From: a virus | Length of the DNA stretch: 64,000 nucleotides | Virus record (IMG/VR): IMGVR_UViG_3300014656_000017 | Span: 32,001-96,000 of that record | Direction: 5' to 3' (one strand) | Part shown: positions 38,673-48,051 of the stretch, piece by piece | Numbering within the stretch: position 1 is the stretch's first letter | Layout of the letters: each line of letters opens with the position of its first letter | Notes under the pieces: generated by a model | Told to the model about the DNA's origin: nothing | Seen by the model: the letters and a program-made list of their open reading frames with translations, nothing else | Databases searched by the model: none | Position numbers and translations under genes: made by a program

Positions 38673-40084
38673 ATTTTATGTATCCAAGTATCCGTATTAC
38701 CCCAATGTGTATTAGTTCCTAATAGTTTGCTTATATGTTGAGGAAAACTTGTTTCATTTTGCAACAATTTCCACCTGTCATAAATGCCTTCATGCCCACC
38801 ATACCACATATTTTTAAATTTAACATCTTTTTCAAAATAAACTGCATAATGATTAAATCTAACCGGAATGAGAATTCCTAATCCATTGCCGTTAACCAAA
38901 CATGGAGGCTCATGTGACTTAAACATATCTTTCTTCCAATGCCATAATCTTCTATATGGAAGTGCTTTGCCTTCACCCCATTGCCCTCTTGCAAACAAAT
39001 TAGGGCCGACAAAATAATTACATAAAAATGCTCCTGTTTTGGCTTTATTTTGTGTTAAAATTTCTTCTGCTTTCTTAATATTTTCAATTGTCCATTGTTC
39101 ATCAACGTCTATTTCCCATACAAAAGCTTCATCTGCAAGTTTATTAATTTCTTCTGCAGCTTTATTAACTTGCTGATCTTTTCCTTCCCACATTTTATCG
39201 GCTAATACTAATATCAAATTATCATTCTTAGAAGATAGTTCAATTAGATATTCTCTAGTACCATCTACTGAAGCACCATTATTTTGATATTCATTGGACA
39301 TATTATTACACCAACTGGTGCTGCCTTGATTCTTTGATGCTCCTTCTATTACTACCCAATAATCAAAATTTTTAAGAATATATTCTGCATAATCGTTATG
39401 TTTTAAATGATGTACTCCATTTAAAACGATTGTAAATGCGATTCTTTTCAATTTCTTTTCCTTTATATATAATGCATCTCCCCAAGTAGTCATTCCATTC
39501 TCCGTATCCCATTCAATTTCTTTTCTTACAAATCCAAATTTGGCTAAAAATTCATCTAAGTCTTGAATTAGTGCACAATCTTTATACACTTCTTCTCTGT
39601 TAACTTCGGTGAATATATAGTCAATGTTTTTTAAAGTAGTAGTGGCCCCTTTTAAAATTTCGAGTTCGAATCCTTGTGCATCCATTACTAAACAGTTGTA
39701 TGATTCATCTAAATCATATCCATCTATTTCTTTAACACTAACTTTAGTTTTTTTAGGAAAACTAATGTGTGGATATTGTTGTAGATGTACTTTAGGCTCA
39801 AGTAAAGAATTTGATGCTCCGTTATTGTCTGTTTCCGTATACATAATACCAATATAAGAACGTGCTCCTAATGCTGCATTAATACATTTTATTTTAGGAA
39901 AGGGCTTAGCCGCTTCTTCCATCTTTTTAAAATTATTTTTGTCTGGCTCGAACAATATAGCATTTTTAAGTGTTGGAATAGAATTATATAGTGGAGCTTC
40001 TTGACCCACATGACCACCAGCATGGATAACTCCAGTTATGTGCATGTTATATTTTGAATATAAATATGGAAAGCTTAATTTCAT
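38669..40084 (-). CDS. Fusion of an FkbM-family methyltransferase and a GT-A-like domain
   Basis: IHAGGHVGQE, FEP, MDAQGFELEILKG, WGDALY; second domain VIEGAS...SVDGT...IDVDEQW. Confidence 0.78.
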   Translation of the reverse strand: MKLSFPYLYSKYNMHITGVIHAGGHVGQEAPLYNSIPTLKNAILFEPDKNNFKKMEEAAKPFPKIKCINAALGARSYIGIMYTETDNNGASNSLLEPKVHLQQYPHISFPKKTKVSVKEIDGYDLDESYNCLVMDAQGFELEILKGATTTLKNIDYIFTEVNREEVYKDCALIQDLDEFLAKFGFVRKEIEWDTENGMTTWGDALYIKEKKLKRIAFTIVLNGVHHLKHNDYAEYILKNFDYWVVIEGASKNQGSTSWCNNMSNEYQNNGASVDGTREYLIELSSKNDNLILVLADKMWEGKDQQVNKAAEEINKLADEAFVWEIDVDEQWTIENIKKAEEILTQNKAKTGAFLCNYFVGPNLFARGQWGEGKALPYRRLWHWKKDMFKSHEPPCLVNGNGLGILIPVRFNHYAVYFEKDVKFKNMWYGGHEGIYDRWKLLQNETSFPQHISKLLGTNTHWGNTDTWIHKI

Positions 40085-40704
40085 TGAGCAAACCTATTAA
40101 CTATGTTTTCATCAAATTTAATCATTTCTTTTAGTCCAGGACCGCCATGTGGATAAGTTGGTATATATTTATATCTCTTAACACAGGAAGGCCAATTGAT
40201 ATTTTTTCTTGACCCTCTTAATAACTTAGATGTTTCAACACTTCGATCATTATCTTCAATGATGAAAGTGCACGGCAATCTTAAATTTTGTACATATCTA
40301 ACGGCTTCGTAAAAATGACCACCGTCTTCACCACCGTCTCCAATAAAACACCATACTTTGTTTTTTGATCCTTTCAATTTAAGAGCTAATGCCACTCCAG
40401 CAGCAATACCAGCAGTTCCGGCTAATACAGACGAAGTTAGAAAGTTTAACTTCTTATCAAACACAAACATGCTATCTCCATTTCGTATTTTTTGTTCTAA
40501 TACTTTTGGATCTCCGCCTTTTAGCAAATAATGATAATGGGATCGATGAGTTGAAAAAACATAATCATCTGGTTTTATATCTTTAAATATGTGCAACAAC
40601 TGATCTTCATTTCCACCTGAAAAGTGTACCAAAAAAGGCAATTTGCCCTCTTTAAATACTTCCTTCATTTTGGTTTCAAAGTCTATTAATTCTTTTTTAG
40701 TCAT
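40081..40704 (-). CDS. TPP-dependent enzyme, E1-alpha-like diphosphate-binding subunit (short form)
   Basis: HFSGGNE, STHRSHYH, TPP motif GDGGEDGG...EDND. Confidence 0.85.
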   Translation of the reverse strand: MTKKELIDFETKMKEVFKEGKLPFLVHFSGGNEDQLLHIFKDIKPDDYVFSTHRSHYHYLLKGGDPKVLEQKIRNGDSMFVFDKKLNFLTSSVLAGTAGIAAGVALALKLKGSKNKVWCFIGDGGEDGGHFYEAVRYVQNLRLPCTFIIEDNDRSVETSKLLRGSRKNINWPSCVKRYKYIPTYPHGGPGLKEMIKFDENIVNRFAQ

Positions 40705-41768
40705 TAGACAAAGTTATCCCCATAAGCATTTAATAATTCGTGAATAAATATATTCTTATTATCATTCGCACAAAAACATTTGCAACATATTTGTGGGTTA
40801 AATTTATCAAAATGTTTTTTAGTTTCTTCACTAAACCATAATTGTTTAAATGATTGGTTTTTAATGGATCCTATTATTCCATCCGTAGAATATGCTTTGT
40901 TATGACAATTATACACAAAACTATCAGCGCCTATTACAGGAATGGTTTGCATAATATAACATCTATTATAGGGTCGTTTAAAACTTTCTGGCTCAATTTT
41001 GTATCCATCATATATTTTAAATTCACTGTTTTCATAAAACTTTTTTGTACACTCTAGTATATATGAAACTTCTTTAGTAATATTACGATGATATTCAACA
41101 TAATTATCTACTTGAACTGGAAAATATCTTATATTATTAATACCTATTTCTTTTAACAATTTTGTCATTTCATGTATATTGTCTACATTTTCTTTGGTTA
41201 TAATATAATTAACAGATAATTCACATACATCATTTTTGATTTTATTAAACTCTATAATGTTAGATATTATTTGATCAAACATTTTTTCATTTCCGCCGCG
41301 TGATTTGACAAAAGATTCTGCGTCGTAATAATCCATAGAAATTCTAATCCATTTAGCTTTAGATAAAACCTCCGCGCGCTTTCCATTCAATAATTGGGCA
41401 TTTGTTAATAGAGATAAATCTAGTCCATTGTCCAAAGTTCTTTGCATGGCTTCTGCTATATTAGGATGCATTAACGGTTCTCCACCGCCAGAATATGTTA
41501 CACATTTTGTTCCCATATCTTTTAAATCATCTAGTACTTCAAACAGTTTATCTTTGGGCAACATATCAGATTCATTCATTGTTTCATGCATATGAACATT
41601 TTTAGCTCTATAAATACAAAATGAACAACTATGGCAACATTTATTAATAGGCTTTATTCGTACGTAGATAGGAGGTGTTATTCGTCCATCTTTAAAGGAA
41701 TTAAGCTTTTCAGGAAACCATACTATTTTTTTGTTACTATATTTATTTGTTGTTTTTACCATACTCAA
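40704..41768 (-). CDS. Radical SAM enzyme with SPASM/Twitch domain
   Basis: CCHSCSFC, SGGGEP, C-terminal Cys cluster. Confidence 0.88.
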   Translation of the reverse strand: MSMVKTTNKYSNKKIVWFPEKLNSFKDGRITPPIYVRIKPINKCCHSCSFCIYRAKNVHMHETMNESDMLPKDKLFEVLDDLKDMGTKCVTYSGGGEPLMHPNIAEAMQRTLDNGLDLSLLTNAQLLNGKRAEVLSKAKWIRISMDYYDAESFVKSRGGNEKMFDQIISNIIEFNKIKNDVCELSVNYIITKENVDNIHEMTKLLKEIGINNIRYFPVQVDNYVEYHRNITKEVSYILECTKKFYENSEFKIYDGYKIEPESFKRPYNRCYIMQTIPVIGADSFVYNCHNKAYSTDGIIGSIKNQSFKQLWFSEETKKHFDKFNPQICCKCFCANDNKNIFIHELLNAYGDNFV

Positions 41769-41774
41769 TTCCTA

Positions 41775-42827
41775 TTAAATAAATTCATCATTATTTTCGG
41801 GGTGTTTAAGTCTGTCTAAATATCTATTAATTACGTCTAATCGACAGCAATAATTTTTGCACGTTTTAAATTTCAATTTATTAATTTGTGCAATTATATC
41901 TTTTCTTTTCTGACTTGTCCAAATTTCTTTAAACGTATTGTTATACAGATTACCATAAACATATTTTGAATTATAAAAAATAGAACAAGGTATAATATCT
42001 CCTTTAGCATCTATAATAACATAAAAATCAAAACCATGACATCCTGTATAATTTTTTTCTTGTGTAAGTCTTTCTGCACTTTTAACTCTAACCACTACAG
42101 TAAATTTATCATCTTCCAATTTTTCCAAATTTTCTTTTAATGTTTGGTGTGCAAATTTATATATTCCAGTAGAGTATGAACTCTTTGGATGGTTATGCGC
42201 TGGTTTTAATTGAAAATTATCAACACCAGCATTTTTACACCACAAGGCTAGCATTTCAGCTTCATTAATATTTTCATTCATTAAAATTAACTGTACGCCA
42301 ATATCAACCTTAAAATTGTTGGCCTTTTTAATTTCAACACAGTCTTTTATATTTTGTAATATAATATCGTAATTTTTTGGTGATATACCATGAATGAGTG
42401 CATGGGTTTCTGCCGTACCCGCATCTATACTAAATCGTAACCAAGAAAGATCTCCTAATATTTCTGTTGCCATTTTTTTATTAAAAAGAGATCCGTTTGT
42501 GGATATAGCTTGTCCCATTCCTAATTGTTTTCCATACTTTATAAATTCAACTAGATTCTTATGTAAGGTGGGTTCTCCTTCACCAGCATAGTAAACTGAT
42601 TTAACTCCCATTTCAGCCATTTCTTTTAATGTATTCATAAATACATCTTTATCTATTTCATTCTTTCCATGTGTAGACCAATCTAAAATGCAAAACTTAC
42701 ATTTATGATTGCATTTATTTGTTATGCCCACTTCTGCATGAAAGGGTACATATTCACCGTTCATCCACTTTATTAAACATTGAGGATGATACATCAGTTT
42801 ATGTGAATCACTATCTTTAACACTCAT
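41775..42827 (-). CDS. Radical SAM enzyme with SPASM/Twitch domain (paralog of the neighbour)
   Basis: CNHKCKFC, GEGEP, GDIIPC...GNL...FKEIW. Confidence 0.88.
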   Translation of the reverse strand: MSVKDSDSHKLMYHPQCLIKWMNGEYVPFHAEVGITNKCNHKCKFCILDWSTHGKNEIDKDVFMNTLKEMAEMGVKSVYYAGEGEPTLHKNLVEFIKYGKQLGMGQAISTNGSLFNKKMATEILGDLSWLRFSIDAGTAETHALIHGISPKNYDIILQNIKDCVEIKKANNFKVDIGVQLILMNENINEAEMLALWCKNAGVDNFQLKPAHNHPKSSYSTGIYKFAHQTLKENLEKLEDDKFTVVVRVKSAERLTQEKNYTGCHGFDFYVIIDAKGDIIPCSIFYNSKYVYGNLYNNTFKEIWTSQKRKDIIAQINKLKFKTCKNYCCRLDVINRYLDRLKHPENNDEFI

Positions 42828-43779
42828 TATTTTTCTCCTTGTTTATCCAGTATTTAACAAGATCTTTTAATGTATTTTTTAAACTATATTTTGGTTTCCA
42901 ATTTAAAAACCTCTTAACTTTTACACTATTTGGATGTACTGTCAACGTATCTATAGGTCTATAAAGTTTTTCATCTATTGTTAATTCAACATCTTTTAAT
43001 TTGAATTCATTTAACATAATCTTTATATAATGTTCTATATCATATGTTTTTGTTGCGCTTATGTTAAACACTTCTCCATTGTTTATTGCTCCGTTTAAAT
43101 GATTTGTCATTAGTTGATAATACACATCTACCATATCTCGTACATCTAAAACTGCTCGACTGGCTTTTATATTACCTACACGAATAATCTTATCTTGTTT
43201 GTTTAATATAATTTTAGCTATTTGTCTTGCATCAGAAGATATAGAAAATGTTGAAGGTCTGCCTGGACCTGTATGTGAAAATGGTCTAACAATAAAATTT
43301 TTCAATTTGGCGTTTTGTGATCTTTCTAAAATATACATATCAGCAGCAGCTTTAGATACCCCATAAGGATTGTTAGGTTGTAATGGACAATTTTCCTTTA
43401 TTTGTTCTTTCACATTTCCATACACATCGCCCGTAGAACACTGCATTATAATGCTTTGCGGGGCATTAGATAAAATGGATTCGCATAGATTTATAGTGCC
43501 TATAGTATTAGTGTTAAATGTAAGTAGAGGATCTTGAAATGCTAGTGGTATATGTGTTTGCGCTGCCAAATGAAAAATTCCGTCAAATGTGTTATTAGTT
43601 AAAATATTAACTATTTGTTGTTTATATGTTAAGTCACACCGGTGATAATTAATACCTGTAATAGGCTGAAATCCTTCAGTTTTATATGTACCATGAACTA
43701 TATGATTTTCAGCTAACAACTTTTGAGCTAAATGTTGTCCTGCAAAACCAGATACTCCTGTTATTAGAAATTTTAGCAT
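42817..43779 (-). CDS. NDP-sugar SDR, GDP-mannose 4,6-dehydratase / 4-keto-6-deoxy-mannose reductase (GMD/RMD)-like
   Basis: TGVSGFAG, HLAAQT, YGVSK, RPFSHTGPG, DVRD. Confidence 0.82.
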   Translation of the reverse strand: MLKFLITGVSGFAGQHLAQKLLAENHIVHGTYKTEGFQPITGINYHRCDLTYKQQIVNILTNNTFDGIFHLAAQTHIPLAFQDPLLTFNTNTIGTINLCESILSNAPQSIIMQCSTGDVYGNVKEQIKENCPLQPNNPYGVSKAAADMYILERSQNAKLKNFIVRPFSHTGPGRPSTFSISSDARQIAKIILNKQDKIIRVGNIKASRAVLDVRDMVDVYYQLMTNHLNGAINNGEVFNISATKTYDIEHYIKIMLNEFKLKDVELTIDEKLYRPIDTLTVHPNSVKVKRFLNWKPKYSLKNTLKDLVKYWINKEKNNEC

Positions 43780-44351
43780 TGTTCAGTATATAAATCCTTA
43801 TCTTCCACAATTAAACAACTTTCATCAGCATTATATATGGTTATAATATCATCTGCTCTCAAAGGCAGTTCAATAACTGGCATATCACACATCTCTCTAA
43901 ACGCTTTAGAAAAATTTTGTGTATGAGTGGCTCCAGTAAATAGTGGGTTTGCTTTATTTCCTACTACAGTTCTTATGATAACACGCGGATCAAATTCTCC
44001 GTGTGACATTTGTTTAATTTTATCTAAATGGTTTACAATAGCATCGGCGGCATGGATAACAAAATCAAATCTTTCAATATATACAACAGGTTTAAATCCT
44101 TCTAAGCTTAATCCAATAGCCATAGAAACAATAAGATTTTCTGCTACAGGTGTTTCTATTAATTGATTATCTGGAATATTCACAAGAGTTCCATTGGCTT
44201 TAGATCCATACTTCACATTATATCCAATAAACAATGTTTTTGGATCTTCAGCTAATATTTCCATTGAAGTTCTGATAGCGTCTTTATAGGTCATATATAG
44301 TCCATTTATTTTTAAGAGTTGGTTTTTCATCGGGTGGATATCGGCGCGCAT
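43773..44351 (-). CDS. TPP-dependent enzyme, E1-beta/transketolase pyrimidine-binding subunit (short form)
   Basis: ETPVAE, AIGLSLEG, GATHTQ; true start probably MTYKDAI. Confidence 0.82.
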   Translation of the reverse strand: MRADIHPMKNQLLKINGLYMTYKDAIRTSMEILAEDPKTLFIGYNVKYGSKANGTLVNIPDNQLIETPVAENLIVSMAIGLSLEGFKPVVYIERFDFVIHAADAIVNHLDKIKQMSHGEFDPRVIIRTVVGNKANPLFTGATHTQNFSKAFREMCDMPVIELPLRADDIITIYNADESCLIVEDKDLYTEQC

Positions 44352-44997
44352 ATCTGTGACTGTACAATTTATCTGTAATGTTTAAAGTGTCCGCAAGAAA
44401 CAAAAAACTGCTTTCTACTACATGAATTTCTTTCGCGTGTTCAATAATGTAACAGTAGTCGAATATATTATTTGTGTAATTTTCTTTAGCGTAAATGGTT
44501 GGAACATTTTGTGGTACAAGTTTTCTATTAATTATAAATTTACCTTTATAGTTATTTCCATTATCTTCGTGAAAAAATATATATTCTCCTTCTTTTACAT
44601 TGAATCTTTTAAAAAAAGATTTTTCTCTTTCCATGTCTCTGTCAAGATAAAAATCGGTCCATCTTTTTTCAAAATCGATATTATATTGCTTGTAGAAAGC
44701 TTGATCAAAGTTTATGTTATTGTCTCTAAACTCATACCCTATTTTTAACAATTTTTGTGGATTATTTAGTTTAATCCATTCTTCAGCTTGTGGTTCTTTT
44801 TGGACCATTAAATACTTAATATTTTTTAAATCCCTATACATCCACATTACAGAGGGAGCTTTAGATTGTTTAATAAACAAATTAATTTGATCATAATCTT
44901 TAATAAGATTTCTTATTAATCCGTTGCACACTATATTATCCCCAAGGTGGAGATGTGGATAAATGTATACATTGTTATACATTATAATTTCCCCCAT
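44284..44997 (-). CDS. Glycosyltransferase-like protein
   Basis: HLGDNIVCNG, FHED, IEHAKEIHVVESSF. Confidence 0.6.
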   Translation of the reverse strand: MGEIIMYNNVYIYPHLHLGDNIVCNGLIRNLIKDYDQINLFIKQSKAPSVMWMYRDLKNIKYLMVQKEPQAEEWIKLNNPQKLLKIGYEFRDNNINFDQAFYKQYNIDFEKRWTDFYLDRDMEREKSFFKRFNVKEGEYIFFHEDNGNNYKGKFIINRKLVPQNVPTIYAKENYTNNIFDYCYIIEHAKEIHVVESSFLFLADTLNITDKLYSHRYARRYPPDEKPTLKNKWTIYDL

Positions 44998-45763
44998 GCC
45001 TATAAGGAAGATCGGTGAACATATGAATCTTTTCTGGTGGGACTAATAAATTAACGCCAAAATATTTAATAGGAGCATCACCCCATCGCTTAATAAAAAT
45101 GTTTCCTGTTTTATCAATATAGTTGAAATAGTCCATATAGTTTTTTATAAACCACTGCACATTTGTAAGATCAAAATGTGTATGAAAAGTACCATTATAT
45201 TTCAATTCACCTATTTTAGGATTGTTTGGTTGATATTTTTTAACGGTTTCATATAATCCTTCTATTACATAATCATCATCTATTCCCTCTCCAACAGAAG
45301 CGTACAGATAATCTTTTTCTTGCATTACAGCAAACGGATCATATTTCATTTTATCATAAAAATATGAATCAGAATCTATTCTAAGCAAATATTGAGCCGC
45401 TTTTATTATAGGCAGTTCAAAAATTTTACCAGAATACAGTCTACACATATGCCTATAACCCATACTAAAAAATGCAGTCTTATCCCAATGTCCTTTAAAT
45501 TTAATTGGTATTTGATCAATAATATCTTTAGAATAATCGAGATCAAATTGTATTTCTTGGAAAATAAATTTAATGTTTGGAAACATTTGTTGTAGCCTTT
45601 TAATATTGTTTGCGGGGCCTCCCTCGTGTAAAATTATTACAGGATAGTCCCACGTGCTTAAAAAATTATTGTATAACAATTTAAGACTTGACACAATCCT
45701 ATATGCATGAAGAGGGTGATGATAGTATAAATAACAGATTGCGGCATTAGGTATAATTTTCAT
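44975..45763 (-). CDS. GT15 (Kre2/Mnt1-like) alpha-1,2-mannosyltransferase
   Basis: GYRHMCRLYSG, RIDSDS, GNIFIKRWGDAP, YRH. Confidence 0.85.
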   Translation of the reverse strand: MKIIPNAAICYLYYHHPLHAYRIVSSLKLLYNNFLSTWDYPVIILHEGGPANNIKRLQQMFPNIKFIFQEIQFDLDYSKDIIDQIPIKFKGHWDKTAFFSMGYRHMCRLYSGKIFELPIIKAAQYLLRIDSDSYFYDKMKYDPFAVMQEKDYLYASVGEGIDDDYVIEGLYETVKKYQPNNPKIGELKYNGTFHTHFDLTNVQWFIKNYMDYFNYIDKTGNIFIKRWGDAPIKYFGVNLLVPPEKIHMFTDLPYRHGGNYNV

Positions 45764-46483
45764 TTAATTATATATTATCCAATTTCTTTTAAGTGTAGGT
45801 TGAGCAAAAGGTTCAATATTTCTACTGTATTTATGAAGATATAATTTATTCCCAATGTCTAAAGAATCAATTAAAGGAGAGAAGCTACTAGGTATTACAT
45901 GAATTTCTTTTGCTCTTTCAATGATCGTTAAATAATCAAATATATTTGGGGTTAATCCTTTTTCTGAAAAAACTATTTTTGGAATTGATATTAACTTTTT
46001 GTCTACAATCATATTTCTGGCTACATCCTCGTGTACAAAGGCATATTCAGAATCGTCCAAGTTATATTTAATCTTTATTTTTTTATAAAATTGTTCTTCG
46101 CTAGGCAAATCTCTTATAACCTTAAACCCCTCCCACCGTTTACTAAAATCTACTCCCATCTTATAATAAAAACTAAAATCATAAACTCTACTAGATCTAT
46201 CAAAGGTTTGCATGCCTATCATGATATGAGGCAATTTTTTTTGATGAACGGTTAACATCATATTATATTCATTAAGAGTAGATATGCACTCTAAATTTTT
46301 AATGTCTCTATACATAAAAATGACAGAATCAATATGAGTGTGCATTACAAACAAGTAACATTTGTCAAATTTCGTACAGATAGCTCGAATGAGAGCATTG
46401 CACACTATAAAATCTCCTAATCCTTGGCTTTGACATATATAAATTTCTGGCATATTACATGATTCTTTTTCTTTTACTTTCAA
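45764..46483 (-). CDS. Glycosyltransferase-like protein, paralog of 44284-44997
   Basis: GLGDFIVCNA, MYRDIKN, VHED, IERAKEIHVIPSSF. Confidence 0.6.
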   Translation of the reverse strand: MKVKEKESCNMPEIYICQSQGLGDFIVCNALIRAICTKFDKCYLFVMHTHIDSVIFMYRDIKNLECISTLNEYNMMLTVHQKKLPHIMIGMQTFDRSSRVYDFSFYYKMGVDFSKRWEGFKVIRDLPSEEQFYKKIKIKYNLDDSEYAFVHEDVARNMIVDKKLISIPKIVFSEKGLTPNIFDYLTIIERAKEIHVIPSSFSPLIDSLDIGNKLYLHKYSRNIEPFAQPTLKRNWIIYN

Positions 46484-46489
46484 TCATAA

Positions 46490-47245
46490 TCAACTTCTAA
46501 ATTTATTACTTACAACCGACCAGTCCGGGACTTGTTTAATATATGCAGCTAACTTTAAAACATCCTTATCTCTTTCAGGGCCAAGGTCTTCCCACAATTT
46601 ATCACTAATTCTTTCTCTATTATCGCCTATCATTCTTTGCGCGGTTTTGTCTGGCGCAGTCTTTTTAATAGTCCAGTGATTGTGTTCTATTAATATATGT
46701 GGAATATATGTAATTCTTTTAAAAGCACTAAAAGTTTCCCACATCCAGCTATCAGAATAGTTTATTGGAAATTCGGGGCGGCACAAATATCCTAAAATCT
46801 CGTAATATTTTTTATGGATAAAAGCATTTACACACAGGCGCGGGCCATGATACCCATCATTACAATGTACCATTTTAATTTGGTCTGGAGGACAATTTTT
46901 ATCTGTAAATTCATTTAATATTTCTGAATCCCATGCAGGCGTTCTAAAAACCATATCGTCACCAATATATCCAAAGATATCGTGATCGACCTGTGCTACA
47001 GCTGCCAGTTGATTCCATATTCTATTAATTCCAATAAACTTGCCTTCATTATGTATTGGAACTATATGAACAAAAGGTATAGCACTAGATATTTTTTTGA
47101 CTATATCCTTTGTTGGATCATCGTCATCTATTCCAAAATATAAACTCACATTATTAATATCACTGACAGTAGTGATGATAGAACTTATCAAAGTAAGTTT
47201 TAAGTTGAGTCTTTCTCGACTGGGAACTAGCAATGCAATTTTCAT
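46490..47245 (-). CDS. GT-A (GT2-like) glycosyltransferase
   Basis: LVPSRER, DDDD, IGDD, IEHNH. Confidence 0.7.
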   Translation of the reverse strand: MKIALLVPSRERLNLKLTLISSIITTVSDINNVSLYFGIDDDDPTKDIVKKISSAIPFVHIVPIHNEGKFIGINRIWNQLAAVAQVDHDIFGYIGDDMVFRTPAWDSEILNEFTDKNCPPDQIKMVHCNDGYHGPRLCVNAFIHKKYYEILGYLCRPEFPINYSDSWMWETFSAFKRITYIPHILIEHNHWTIKKTAPDKTAQRMIGDNRERISDKLWEDLGPERDKDVLKLAAYIKQVPDWSVVSNKFRS

Positions 47246-48051
47246 AATATCTTTTTAGCATACTTCTTTTGTATATCTTCACAAATAGCTAATACCTTTT
47301 CAGGTGGTGTATCTGGAGTTTTAGTAGGAATGAATCCGTGCTTCTGAGCATACCATTGAGCTCCTTTTTGCATGCCCTCTGTCCATTCAGAGGTTTTTCG
47401 AATTACTGAATTGACTTCACTGCTTGCTAATTCATTAATATATTCATCACTATTAGCCAAATCAGCAAACCACCAAAATGGAGGATGTAATCCAGCTTTA
47501 ATAATTCTATATGTATGATCTACATGCTCCCAAGCATTTTGAAATCTTTCATCCATATATCCAATAGATTTAATAACACCTCTCAAATAATAACTAAAAG
47601 ATCCTACAGAATTTGGATTTAATCCAATCTCAATTCCATTCTCATAATCAACTATTTGTCTAGGATTCTTAACGCCATATTGTCCTGGTTTAAAGTTAGC
47701 AGGCCCGTGGTATGCAAAATTAAGGTGCCATATTCCAGAAGCCTCTGCTGCTTTGATATATGCATTAAAAACATCTGGATTTTTAATTAACATATCATCT
47801 TCTATTAAAAACAAATGCTGACATCCATCTTGAATCAAATATCTCAGTGCTTCGTTTTTAGAAATGCCTACACATTTATTAGAACTGTGTTGAATAACTT
47901 CTTTTACATTGCGTGTATAAACATCACTATCGTATGGCTTTCCATCATTGACTACTATTAATGTTTCTACACCAGGTATAGAAGCAAGACACTGTTTAAA
48001 GAAGTCTACTCTGTTACACGTTAGTATTGCTGCGCCAATTTTATTATTCAT
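47242..48051 (-). CDS. GT2 family glycosyltransferase
   Basis: ILTCNR, VVNDG, LIEDD, IGYMDERF..WEHVD. Confidence 0.85.
   Translation of the reverse strand: MNNKIGAAILTCNRVDFFKQCLASIPGVETLIVVNDGKPYDSDVYTRNVKEVIQHSSNKCVGISKNEALRYLIQDGCQHLFLIEDDMLIKNPDVFNAYIKAAEASGIWHLNFAYHGPANFKPGQYGVKNPRQIVDYENGIEIGLNPNSVGSFSYYLRGVIKSIGYMDERFQNAWEHVDHTYRIIKAGLHPPFWWFADLANSDEYINELASSEVNSVIRKTSEWTEGMQKGAQWYAQKHGFIPTKTPDTPPEKVLAICEDIQKKYAKKIL

Noticed and set aside
40081-44351. Pyruvate dehydrogenase E1 as a central-metabolism auxiliary gene
   Set aside because: The subunits are truncated, separated by sugar genes, and no E2/E3 is present
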